Origin: Octopus bimaculoides
Taxonomy: Eukaryota
Direction of reading: 5' to 3'
Assembly: GCF_001194135.2 (NCBI RefSeq)
Contig: NC_068990.1
Location: 34,540,935-34,573,569 of the forward strand
Length of the DNA: 32,635 nt
The translations under genes were made by a program, and so were the position numbers. The notes under the pieces were generated by a model that was given only the letters and a program-made list of their open reading frames with translations, made no database searches and was not told the DNA's origin. Positions 10,485 to 21,785 of the stretch are shown here, in pieces. Position 1 is the stretch's first letter, and every line of letters begins with the position of its first letter.

Positions 10485-10610
10485 TCATTCCTTTCTGCAA
10501 AAGAGCTTAGACTTGAAACATCAAAGACTTCTCCAATTTACCTGAACGTCTAATGCACCTTGTCTGTTGTTTCCTCACCTGCCTCTGTCCTTCGTTTTTG
10601 GTTTCTTTTT
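10485..10610 (+). mobile_element. Penelope-like terminal repeat fragment with degenerate hammerhead motif (copy 1)
   Basis: ATTCCTTTCTGCAAAAGAGCTTAGACTTGAAACATCAAAGACTT..CACCTG is homologous to 32255-32375. Confidence 0.55.
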
Positions 10611-11726
10611 GCTGTAATTTTGGATCATGTGTGTATGTGTAACTCTGTGTGTGTGTGTATGAATGTACGTGTATTTTATATCTACGTATTCGTGTTTTAT
10701 CTTCGCACTGGTATCGTTCTAGTTATATGGTTGTATGGATGTTTTTTAGTGTACTGTGTATAATTACACAGACAGGTTTGTGTATGTTTGCGGTTTTGTA
10801 TGCGTGCTTTTGTGTATGTATGTGTGTGTGTACGTGCAAGTGAGGGAAAGAGAAAGAGAGAGAGAAAGAGAGAGAGGGGGGTTATGAGTGATTATTGTTA
10901 GAAGTCATTGAGTGCAAGTTAATGCATATATGTTTGCATTTTTGTGCGGATGAAACATTATCTATGGCTGACTTTTCGTCTCTGCCGACTATGTTTATTC
11001 CCTAACCAAATATAATAGAAGCGCCAAGCCCCCCAAGTCTTGTACATTATTTTAATGTTTTGCTTGCATAGATATCTTGTTGAACAGTAATAGAGTAAAA
11101 AAAAAATGCAACAGTAAACAAAACGAAAAACAAAGCCTTATAAAAATAATCAAATAAAAACATCTATAAAAGTATGGTCGACAACAACAGCTACAACAAC
11201 GAGAATGACAACAGTATCAGAAGGTCCTTCACTGAATACATTAGTGTAATTTGATCTCATGGAAGTAACTGGCAGGAAACTAACTGTTTAAGTCAGCCAT
11301 GGTCTAGTAACAAATTGAAACGCTGACTTATCCATTTTATCTTATGTTTATTTTCTGTTCATCTCTCTTCTCTCCACTATCTTATTTTATATATATATAT
11401 ATATATATATCTCCTTCTCTTCTCTATCTCATTCTATCACTTTCTCTCTCCTATCTCTATCTCTCTCTCTCTTACTCTCTCGCTGTCTTCAAGTGGGAAC
11501 ACGTTTTTTCATCAGAGATGTTGATTTCTGCAAGTACTCACCGAGTTATTTTAGCAAACACGTTTCCTTATATTTTCAGTAGCTGTGCTCTATCATTAAG
11601 ATTCGCGTAGTTATGGAGTAACCCATCGTACCACATAAAAAAATCAGAAGCATGTTATGTTGCAATCGGTTGGTTGGTCGGTCGGTCGGTCGGTTGGTTG
11701 GAACAGATAGTCAGATAATGCCAAAT

Positions 11727-11812
11727 ATTGTTGCTATTGTTTAACCTGGGTCAGCCATGATCCAGTAGACTTATGTCCAAGGTATTCCAGACATGACTAT
11801 TCCAGTCCGCTT
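11727..11812 (-). mobile_element. 3' tail of an unidentified retroposon family ending TGACCYRGGNTAAACAAC(AAC)n
   Basis: Reverse complement ..GGAATACCTTGGACATAAGTCTACTGGATCATGGCTGACCCAGGTTAAACAATAGCAAC is homologous to 20235-20305 and 27255-27345. Confidence 0.6.
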
Positions 11813-11943
11813 TCAGATTCGATTTTCCCGAATTTTATTCGGGAAAATTATTATAATGGAAAATCCCATTATTATTCAATGGATATAGAGATTTCGGGGA
11901 AATTTAACTGTTGTTTCTAGCAGGCCAGTCGGGTTGTTTTGTT

Positions 11944-12038
11944 AATTCTTTCTACTATAGGCACAAGTCCTGGGTTTTGTGGTGGTGGGGATTGTCGATT
12001 ACATCGACCCCAGTGTTTCACTGGCACTTAATTTATCG
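11944..12038 (-). mobile_element. 3' part of Meta-domain SINE
   Basis: TTCTTTCTACTATAGGCACAAG..GTCGATTACATCGACCCCAGTG..CTGGCACTTAATTTATCG is the reverse complement of 2340-2438 and matches 29945-30040. Confidence 0.8.
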
Positions 12039-12905
12039 CTATGGTTATTTTCCAGGAGGTTCTGGCCACACGTCTTACGGTTCATCAACCCGCGTTGTTG
12101 AATTACTTTCTTCTGACATACCTNNNNNNNNNNNNNNNNNNNNNNNNNNNNNNNNNNNNNNNNNNNNNNNNNNNNNNNNNNNNNNNNNNNNNNNNNNNNN
12201 NNNNNNNNNNNNNNNNNNNNNNNNNNNNNNNNNNNNNNNNNNNNNNNNNNNNNNNNNNNNNNNNNNNNNNNNNNNNNNNNNNNNNNNNNNNNNNNNNNNN
12301 NNNNNNNNNNNNNNNNNNNNNNNNNNNNNNNNNNNNNNNNNNNNNNNNNNNNNNNNNNNNNNNNNNNNNNNNNNNNNNNNNNNNNNNNNNNNNNNNNNNN
12401 NNNNNNNNNNNNNNNNNNNNNNNNNNNNNNNNNNNNNNNNNNNNNNNNNNNNNNNNNNNNNNNNNNNNNNNNNNNNNNNNNNNNNNNNNNNNNNNNNNNN
12501 NNNNNNNNNNNNNNNNNNNNNNNNNNNNNNNNNNNNNNNNNNNNNNNNNNNNNNNNNNNNNNNNNNNNNNNNNNNNNNNNNNNNNNNNNNNNNNNNNNNN
12601 NNNNNNNNNNNNNNNNNNNNNNNNNNNNNNNNNNNNNNNNNNNNNNNNNNNNNNNNNNNNNNNNNNNNNNNNNNNNNNNNNNNNNNNNNNNNNNNNNNNN
12701 NNNNNNNNNNNNNNNNNNNNNNNNNNNNNNNNNNNNNNNNNNNNNNNNNNNNNNNNNNNNNNNNNNNNNNNNNNNNNNNNNNNNNNNNNNNNNNNNNNNN
12801 NNNNNNNNNNNNNNNNNNNNNNNNNNNNNNNNNNNNNNNNNNNNNNNNNNNNNNNNNNNNNNNNNNNNNNNNNNNNNNNNNNNNNNNNNNNNNNNNNNNN
12901 NNNNN

Positions 12906-13200
12906 GCTGAGCACTCCACAGACACGTGTACCCTTAACATAGTTCTCGGGGATGTTCAGCGTGACACAGTGTGACAAGGCTGACCCTTTGAATTACAGGC
13001 ACAACAGAAACAGGAAGTAAGAGTGAGAGAAAGTTGTGGTGAAAGAGCACAGCAGGATTCGCAACCATCTCCTGCCGTAGCCTCGTGGAGCTTTAGGTGT
13101 TTTCGCTCAATAAACACTCACAACGCCCGGTCTGGGAATCGAAACGGCGATCCTATGACCGCGAGTCTGCTGCCCTAACCACCGGGCCATTGCGCCTCCA
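12906..13200 (-). mobile_element. tRNA-derived SINE, third family, intact Pol III head
   Basis: Reverse complement GGAGGCGCAATGGCCCGGTGGTTAGGGCAGCAGACTCGCGGTCATAGGATCGCCGTTTCGATTCCCAG, with A-box TGGCCCGGTGG and B-box-like GTTTCGATTCC. Body shared with 30301-30462; 3' end runs into a gap. Confidence 0.85.
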
Positions 13201-13590
13201 CTCGTCGCAGTAGTAATAGTGGTACAAATCTTTCACTGGATCCAGAACCACCTTATCAAATGTTTCTTCTGTTTCAAAAGACAACAGTGCGATATGAGAA
13301 ATCAATTGGCTGCTGTTTTTAGTAGTTTAAGAAACTCGGCAGAGGCACCCGCATTTGCCGTTGATGTTGCTCTTCAAGTAATGGTTGTTATTGCTGCTTT
13401 GTTGTTGACGATGATGTCATCGTTGGCATATTTCTCGTTACCTTTGCTGTTAGTGTGGTTGTTGCTATTGTAGCTATCACAGTTACTCTTGCTCTATCTC
13501 TCTCGTCCCCGTTGTTGGTATTATTGTTGATATTTGCGATATCTCTAGTGGCTTACAGCTTCCCATTCGGCAATTTTTAGGGAATCTATA

Positions 13591-13624
13591 CCAACCCAAC
13601 CCAACCCAACCCAACCCAACCCAC
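13591..13624. repeat. (CCAAC)6 pentanucleotide repeat
   Basis: Directly visible. Confidence 0.95.
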
Positions 13625-13869
13625 ATAGATTGTTATCGTTATTACAGTTGCCGTTGGTGTTAATGATGTTGTTTTTCACTTCCTTTCATTAAGACATTTA
13701 ATTAGCTCTACAAGCCTAAGGATTTATTTGTATTTAGCATGACATTTAAAAAAAAAAAAAAAAATCACCCCACCTCCTCCTTTTGCTCATTTTCATTTTT
13801 CTCTAAATTTTCTTAACACTATCACCATTATCATTATCTTCATGTTTTCAACAGTTCTATGCAAGATTC

Positions 13870-13950
<81 letters not shown>

Positions 13951-13973
13951 CATTATTATTATTATTATTATTA

Positions 13974-14028
<55 letters not shown>

Positions 14029-14044
14029 AGCGGAGAGCTGGCAG

Positions 14045-14096
<52 letters not shown>

Positions 14097-14100
14097 GTCA
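13870..14100. repeat. (ATT)n, then a 22-bp SINE head remnant (14027-14048), then (ATC)n
   Basis: AAAGCGGAGAGCTGGCAGAATC sits between the two microsatellites and matches the Meta-domain SINE head. Confidence 0.85.
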
Positions 14101-15438
14101 TTGATGTTGCTAGTGTGTCATTTCCCCAATGTCATACAGATGATTCCGGAATAATATTACCAGCTCCCATGTTTCTCAGGTGTGTGCGGCCATGTTTTTT
14201 TTTTCTTTAATTTTTCGTCGTTGCGCTCTTGTTTAATCTGCTGAATATTCAGTTGTTCTTGTTCTTCTTCTTGTTCTTATTCCTGGTTTATGCTCTTAAT
14301 TCTTGTTTTGCTTATTGATATTGATTCCAACCCTATTTGTTGTTCACCTTCTAGAACAAACTCTCTCTCTCTCTCACACACACACATACACGCTCTCTCT
14401 CACTCACTCCCTCTCTCACTCACTCCCTCTCTCTCTCCTCCACCTCACCAAGTCTTCATTGCCCTCCTAGTTTTTCTCATCCTTTTATTTATTTATTTAT
14501 TGATTATTATTTTCAAACGTGTTCAACGTTCTGAACCCTAGCATAATTCTTTTACATTTTCTTCCTGTTGTTTGCTTGTTTTCATATCTAGTGTGTTAAT
14601 TATTATTGCTACTATCTCTTGCTCATTTCTATTCCTCGCATCATCTTGTTTTCAATTCCATCAACCTTGTTGCATTCACTAAGGTCTTTTTTTCTGCGTT
14701 TCTGCTTGCTTACGTGCACAATTTCGGTTAGATGTGATCGATATATTTATGAGAATATAAAGGGATTTTTTTCTTCTTCCCTTCGTCTTGTACTTCTTCT
14801 GTACTTAATAATGATGTCAGTATAGTTTGCATGATTTCATTAATACTATGTTTTGCCATAACCGCAAGTATCGTAGCAATAACATTCTGTTTGTTTGCGT
14901 ATATCATTTAATTTCTATTCTGATGCTGAATAATCCGACATATTGCTGTTCAGTGGATAATAATCCTCGACAAAGGTCATTCTAATATATTCCCGTTTTT
15001 ACAAGGACGTTGGTAAACAAAAATGAGAAAGAGCTTCATGTATACATACGAACAAATGTTTTACAACATATTCATTTGTAGTTGGGTTTTTAGTAACCGA
15101 GAGAAAAATATAGCTTCACCAACACGTGTACACACACACACAGAGTCACACGCAAGCACACTCATTTTTATACACTCCTACGCACACGAACAAACTGCAT
15201 ACGAGAGTATCTTTCTACAAGTACTCTTTTCTTCATTTGGTGTAGAAATAAACGAGTTTCCGTGAATCATTTTCTTCACATAGCAGTTGGCCACGAAGGA
15301 TTATGTGAATCGGCCGGAACTTACAAATAGAACGCTTAATAGTAAAGCACTTTTGTATACACCCGAAAATGTTAATCGCTAAGATGCCGTAGTTTCCTCT
15401 TCCTTGCATTTTAAAGTGATAATTAAGGAATGTAAAAT

Positions 15439-15486
<48 letters not shown>

Positions 15487-16439
15487 ATATGCGTGCATAT
15501 ATATGTACACATCTTTATATATATATTCATATATGTATGTATATATATGGATAGATACATAAACACAGATATACATGCATACAAACATATATGCATACTT
15601 ATATATATATGCGTATATATATATATANNNNNNNNNNNNNNNNNNNNNNNNNNNNNNNNNNNNNNNNNNNNNNNNNNNNNNNNNNNNNNNNNNNNNNNNN
15701 NNNNNNNNNNNNNNNNNNNNNNNNNNNNNNNNNNNNNNNNNNNNNNNNNNNNNNNNNNNNNNNNNNNNNNNNNNNNNNNNNNNNNNNNNNNNNNNNNNNN
15801 NNNNNNNNNNNNNNNNNNNNNNNNNNNNNNNNNNNNNNNNNNNNNNNNNNNNNNNNNNNNNNNNNNNNNNNNNNNNNNNNNNNNNNNNNNNNNNNNNNNN
15901 NNNNNNNNNNNNNNNNNNNNNNNNNNNNNNNNNNNNNNNNNNNNNNNNNNATATATACTATATACTATACATGCACACTCACTCACACACAAATATAGTG
16001 TAAATACAATAAACAATAAGAAAGACAGCACAGAAGGAACAAAGCTTAAGAAACATGGCGTTAATTTAACTCTTTAAAAGACAGCAAATGCCTTAAACAT
16101 TTCAAGCGTTCGTTCTTCATCAGAAGGAAAGAGGGAAGGATAAATGGAATACCGAAGCAAAATAGTCACTGAAAAAAATAAAACAAAACAGGTGAAAGGT
16201 AAGCAATCAGAAACCAAGAAATAAGAAGGAAGAAAAGGATGCAAAACGGGTTCAGCAGGAGAAAGAGTCGGGAAAACAGGTGCAAGAAAGCGTGAACAAG
16301 GAGTGGTGGAGGAGTGGGGGAGAAAAGAAAGTAATATACTTAAAACGAAAATGAAGAAATAAAAAGCAGAGGAAACGACAGGGACGTTACAATACACATA
16401 CACACACATACACATGTGGGTGTGGGTGTGTATCTGTAA

Positions 16440-16477
<38 letters not shown>

Positions 16478-16516
16478 AATATTAGAGGAAGATCAAAACC
16501 AAGGCAGAACGAGTAT

Positions 16517-16825
16517 CTCAAGTCGGTTAGGATAATTTAGCTAGAGTAAGGTGAATTTGATGTCTTACAGCCGTTTGTGGGATAACCCAAGTGGTAGGTT
16601 AACATGTCCACGCACTGGGTATGCCATCATCAGAGACAAAGCATGAATATTTTAGACATTATAAACTGCGAATACATTTTATTCCATGTAAACTGTAAAT
16701 TTTCCCTGTCTAAAATATTCATGCTTTGTCTCTGATGACGGCATACCCAGTGCGTGGACATACAGAAACGGCTGTAAGATTTCGAATTCACCTTTCCCTA
16801 ATTAAATTATTCTAAATTACTTGAG
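16517..16825. repeat. Long inverted repeat / foldback element, possibly a palindromic MITE
   Basis: Inner arms 16604-16658 and 16707-16761 match 54/55; arms 16548-16576 and 16766-16794 match 26/29; weaker pairing continues to CTCAAG 16517 / CTTGAG 16825. Confidence 0.92.
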
Positions 16826-17535
16826 TTGTCTTTAAAAGGAAGACACTGGATATGAGAGGGTAGGTGCATTATATGTTTTTGATAGATATAGGCCACGGCT
16901 CATCTTTGATCATAATTCCGCTCCATTGGGATTAACCAGCAACTCCTTAACAACAACAAAATACATTTGCTGACCAATGACCAAATCCGAGCAATTCTCT
17001 GCATTAATTACTGTGCAGTTTGACGGGTGCTTAATTCTATCTTCTCTTTCTGTGTTTTCTTCCGACGAATTTAGCTATTTATTTCATATTTAATACATTC
17101 CCTGTACACTAACAATGTTTTTACTATTTATTTATCCGTTTTCACATAACTATACAAATTAGTCCAATGTTTTCATATATTAATAACCTTCTTGACTGCA
17201 ATTAGTTTTACGTCACGTCTTTATTTACATAAGATCATTTCCTCCCGCGGTGCATTCTAATAATATTAGTTTTAACAACACTGACTTGAAATGATGTTAG
17301 ACGCTCCCTCTGCTTTTCCTATCCATTTCAGTTTATGTCTTGGTATCTCCACTTCCTTGGGTTGCATTAGATTATGGTTAAACTACAGTTTATATAGGGA
17401 GGATATCAAATATTTATATTATACATTTTGTAAAAACTCGTCGTCCGGTGGCTAGGGGTTTTCGTCTCACAATCATACGGCTATTGATTACAAATTCCTG
17501 CAATAGACGGTATATTGTGTCTTCTTAATTTTGAT

Positions 17536-17758
17536 AAGGCGGCAGGCTAGCAGAATTGTTAGCGCGCCGGGCGAAATGCCGCTCAGCATTTTGCCCATTT
17601 TTACGATCTCAGTTTAAATTCTGCTTTTCTATCGTTTCGGAATCGATAAAATATGTACCAGTTGAGCACGGGGATCGATGTAATCGACTTACCCACTCCT
17701 TCGAAATTGCGGTCTCTGTGCCAATATTTGAAACCAATTTACCAAGAATTGTTATTAT
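17536..17758 (+). mobile_element. Meta-domain SINE, diverged
   Basis: AAGGCGGCAGGCTAGCAGAATTGTTAGCGCGCCGGGCGAAATGC..TCGATAAAATATGTACCAGTTGAGCACGGGGATCGATGTAATCGAC. Confidence 0.8.
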
Positions 17759-17791
17759 ATGGTATTTATCATGCAGATATTTGTTTGAGTT

Positions 17792-17988
17792 AGGCGCGGC
17801 GAGCTGGCAAAATCGTTAGTGCGCCGTGCAGAATGATTAACAGCATTAACAGCATTTCGTTCAAATTCTGCTGCAGTCAACGTTACCGTTCATCCTTTAG
17901 GGGTCTGTTGAGCACAGAAGTCGTTGTAATCGGCTTTCCCTCTTCCCCGAAGTTGCTGGCTTTGTGCTCAATTTTGAAATCGATATTT
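17792..17988 (+). mobile_element. Meta-domain SINE, second copy in tandem
   Basis: GCGGCGAGCTGGCAAAATCGTTAGTGCGCCG..GTTCAAATTCTGC..TTCATCCTTTAGGGGTC. Confidence 0.75.
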
Positions 17989-18396
17989 ATTCAAGCTATT
18001 CACATATATGACACTGTCCACTTTGAGTTATTTCTCAGTTCATTTTCGTTTGAATTCAGATAATTACTCTGGCCATATCTGTTTTCTGCTCTGTTTTGTA
18101 TAAATCAAAATCTTTTGGTCGCTAGAAATGAGATCGGACAATTGTCGCGGTAGTGAAGGCTATTGAGGCAGAAACACGCGTCCGCCACTATCCCCACCAT
18201 ATCGCCAAACAATAAGCCCATCCTTTTTCTGAATGGCCTGTCAGTTTTGGAGAATACTTGAAACTTGAGATTACCTCCTCCTCTGAAGAGGACCCCGTCA
18301 CAATTGCTAATTGGTGATTATGAGACATTCTCTGCAGGCGGAACCATTTTCAATAGATCAGGAATTTTTGTTGCATGCATGGTATTCGACATGCCG

Positions 18397-18455
<59 letters not shown>

Positions 18456-18614
18456 NNNNNNNNNNNNNNNNNNNNNNNNNNNNNNNNNNNNNNNNNNNNN
18501 NNNNNNNNNNNNNNNNNNNNNNNNNNNNNNNNNNNNNNNNNNNNNNNNNNNNNNNNNNNNNNNNNNNNNNNNNNNNNNNNNNNNNNNNNNNNNNNNNNNN
18601 NNNNNNNNNNNNNN

Positions 18615-18647
<33 letters not shown>

Positions 18648-18936
18648 GGGTGGGGCGATGAATTGGTGTGCGTAATTCTAGTTGGTGATTCCCTTAGAAA
18701 CGGAAGGAGTCACTGTCTGACAAATTCTTCAGGAATGCAACAGAAATGGTTTGTCCTGTAAGATCCACTTTATATACATTAGAAATAGAGAATATCTAAT
18801 ATGGATTTATGTGTGCGTGTATACAGGCATATGCGTGTGTGTATTATATATGTATATATATATGCTTATATACATACAAATACGCACACATCCATCCAGC
18901 CGTATATACGTATGTATATATATATATATATATATG

Positions 18937-18980
<44 letters not shown>

Positions 18981-19174
18981 GACATATACAGACACGCATG
19001 CAGACACACGCTTATGCACCCTTCCGCATACATTCTCACGTAGAAATGCATAAACAATCGCAAATACCACATACATGCACATACATGCACGTGTATGCTC
19101 ATGTGCTTATGTAAATAAAAGTGTGTGTATATATTATATATATATATATTCACACACACACACACACATATATA

Positions 19175-19301
19175 CAGGGTGTCCACAAAGCTTGGGTACA
19201 TGGGGATTAACACATACCTTAAGAAATTATTATTTCTTATATTTAATTGTTTATGTTATGATTTTATTTAGTCCATGTACCCAGACTTTGTGGACACCCT
19301 G
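19175..19301. mobile_element. 127-bp Tc1/mariner-superfamily MITE with 29-bp TIRs and TA target-site duplication
   Basis: Left CAGGGTGTCCACAAAGCTTGGGTACATGG (19175-19203); the reverse complement of 19273-19301 is CAGGGTGTCCACAAAGTCTGGGTACATGG (27/29). TA on both sides. Confidence 0.92.
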
Positions 19302-19337
19302 TATATATATATATACATATGCATATATATGTATATA

Positions 19338-19661
19338 TGTTCGTCTACTGGGTTCAGATCTCATTTTCGGACCCATGATAAACGAACCTCTATCAATTAC
19401 TTTCCCTATATATCAGTGCAGACCTTTCAGTGCCGTGTATGCCGTAAGGTCTGCAAATCTAACGGTGACCTCAACAAACATTCTAAGATCCGCAAAGACC
19501 AGAACTTAACTGCAGCTCTCGGTGATCCAAATCAGATATGCAATCTATGTAGGTATCTTTTCAATACTTTGTCTGGTATAAAAATCACATCAGCCGCCAT
19601 GATGGATCTAAGGTGTAAGTACAAGATATGGTCAGACTCTGCATAAGGAGCAGACAACCAC

Positions 19662-19709
<48 letters not shown>

Positions 19710-19718
19710 GATAATAAT
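19338..19718 (+). mobile_element. 5'-truncated LINE 3' end (probably RTE clade) encoding tandem C2H2 zinc fingers, short 3' UTR and (TAA)n tail
   Basis: CSSTGFRSHFRTH; FQCRVCRKVCKSNGDLNKHSKIR; ICNLCRYLFNTLSGIK/NHISRH (1-nt frameshift); stop 19616-19618; ~47-nt UTR; (TAA)n 19666-19718. Confidence 0.65.
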
Positions 19719-20234
19719 AAACAATATATATGTATATATATATTATGTATTATTTCTATTTAATTGAACGCCACACATCCATTTCCAAGTAAGTATATAT
19801 ANNNNNNNNNNNNNNNNNNNNNNNNNNNNNNNNNNNNNNNNNNNNNNNNNNNNNNNNNNNNNTATATATATATATATATGTATATATACATTTATATCTG
19901 TATGTATGTATGTATGTATGTATGTATGTATATAGCTGATGTCATGAGAAATTTATGAACTTTTGAGAGAGCGTGCAACAATTTTTTGAAATTGTATATC
20001 GCGAAGCTGACACATAATAAAGGTACAAAGCTATAACAATAAAGCTATAAAAAAACCAAAGTTACTTTATCGATTTCATTAGTTAAGAAGGATTTGATTA
20101 GAGAGTGAGAACAAGCGATAAATGTCTCCACAAGCTTGGAATAAATGGTCCGTGAATAATCACTCATGTAGAACAGATGATAACTATATAAATAAGTACA
20201 TACATGTATAATACTAACATACGAGGTAGCTGTG

Positions 20235-20305
20235 CATGGAATGTTTTTTTCTTTTATCATAGGTCTGCTAATCTGCTGGATCACAGTGACCTGGGGCTAA
20301 ATAAC
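20235..20305 (+). mobile_element. 3' tail fragment of the unidentified TGACCTGGGGCTAAA family
   Basis: CATGGAATG..ATCATAGGTCTGCT..GGATCACAGTGACCTGGGGCTAAATAAC, homologous to 11727-11812(-) and 27255-27345. Confidence 0.6.
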
Positions 20306-20361
20306 GACTAAAGCAACCATATTTATTACAATATTATAAAAAAACTGAGTATTATGTGTAT

Positions 20362-20405
<44 letters not shown>

Positions 20406-20508
20406 CACTACCATTTCAACCGCTACCGCGACGCCACCACTGCCACTATCACCACCACGACCGTTACCGTCTGCATCATCAATACAATCATACTCTTACA
20501 CATATATA

Positions 20509-20572
<64 letters not shown>

Positions 20573-20743
20573 TGTGTATATATATATATATATATATATA
20601 CAATAACTCTGTAATGATTCATAACAGAATTTATAAGCCGACTGGGAAATAAGCCATTATCTGTTAGCTTTCATTGTCTGCTTCTGAGTCGGGTGTGAGA
20701 GTGCTTACTTGTGCTTGCTGTGTGTGTGTTTTGTTTGTTTGTT

Positions 20744-20792
<49 letters not shown>

Positions 20793-21667
20793 NNNNNNNN
20801 NNNNNNNNNNNNNNNNNNNNNNNNNNNNNNNNNNNNNNNNNNNNNNNNNNNNNNNNNNNNNNNNNNNNNNNNNNNNNNNNNNNNNNNNNNNNNNNNNNNN
20901 NNNNNNNNNNNNNNNNNNNNNNNNNNNNNNNNNNNNNNNNNNNNNNNNNNNNNNNNNNNNNNNNNNNNNNNNNNNNNNNNNNNNNNNNNNNNNNNNNNNN
21001 NNNNNNNNNNNNNNNNNNNNNNNNNNNNNNNNNNNNNNNNNNNNNNNNNNNNNNNNNNNNNNNNNNNNNNNNNNNNNNNNNNNNNNNNNNNNNNNNNNNN
21101 NNNNNNNNNNNNNNNNNNNNNNNNNNNNNNNNNNNNNNNNNNNNNNNNNNNNNNNNNNNNNNNNNNNNNNNNNNNNNNNNNNNNNNNNNNNNNNNNNNNN
21201 NNNNNNNNNNNNNNNNNNNNNNNNNNNNNNNNNNNNNNNNNNNNNNNNNNNNNNNNNNNNNNNNNNNNNNNNNNNNNNNNNNNNNNNNNNNNNNNNNNNN
21301 NNNNNNNNNNNNNNNNNNNNNNNNNNNNNNNNNNNNNNNNNNNNNNNNNNNNNNNNNNNNNNNNNNNNNNNNNNNNNNNNNNNNNNNNNNNNNNNNNNNN
21401 NNNNNNNNNNNNNNNNNNNNNNNNNNNNNNNNNNNNNNNNNNNNNNNNNNNNNNNNNNNNNNNNNNNNNNNNNNNNNNNNNNNNNNNNNNNNNNNNNNNN
21501 NNNNNNNNNNNNNNNNNNNNNNNNNNNNNNNNNNNNNNNNNNNNNNNNNNNNNNNNNNNNNNNNNNNNNNNNNNNNNNNNNNNNNNNNNNNNNNNNNNNN
21601 NNNNNNNNNNNNNNNNNNNNNNNNNNNNNNNNNNNNNNNNNNNNNNNNNNNNNNNNNNNNNNNNNNN

Positions 21668-21775
21668 ATAGAATATGTAATATGCTTACAAAGAATAAGT
21701 CTTGCGATCGATTTACTCGACTAAAGGTGGTGCTGCAGCATGGCCGCAGTCAAATAAATAAAAGAATGAAAGAAT
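21668..21775 (+). mobile_element. 3' end of CORE-type SINE
   Basis: GCTTACAAAGAATAAGTC..GATTTACTCGACTAAAGGTGGTGCTGCAGCATGGCCGCAGTCAAAT matches 1-80. Confidence 0.85.
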
Positions 21776-21785
21776 ATATATATAC

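Noticed and set aside
11564-11610. Strong plus-strand acceptor TTCCTTATATTTTCAG
   Set aside because: All three downstream frames hit stops within about 10 codons.
12041-12123. Acceptor TTATTTTCCAG followed by open frames up to the gap (GGSGHTSYGSSTRVVELLSSDIP)
   Set aside because: Too short, abuts a SINE fragment and a gap, and no homology is recognised; cannot be evaluated.
13145-13200. tRNA-like sequence (A and B boxes) on the minus strand
   Set aside because: It continues directly into a SINE body shared with 30301-30462 and lacks a complete acceptor stem, so it is a SINE head rather than a tRNA gene.
16124-16198. 75-nt segment bounded by a good acceptor (TTCTTCATCAG) and donor (AAG|GTAAGC)
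   Set aside because: All three frames contain stop codons; at best non-coding.
20240-20265. Strong-looking acceptor TTTTTTTCTTTTATCATAG
   Set aside because: It lies inside a dispersed repeat tail also found at 11727 and 27255.
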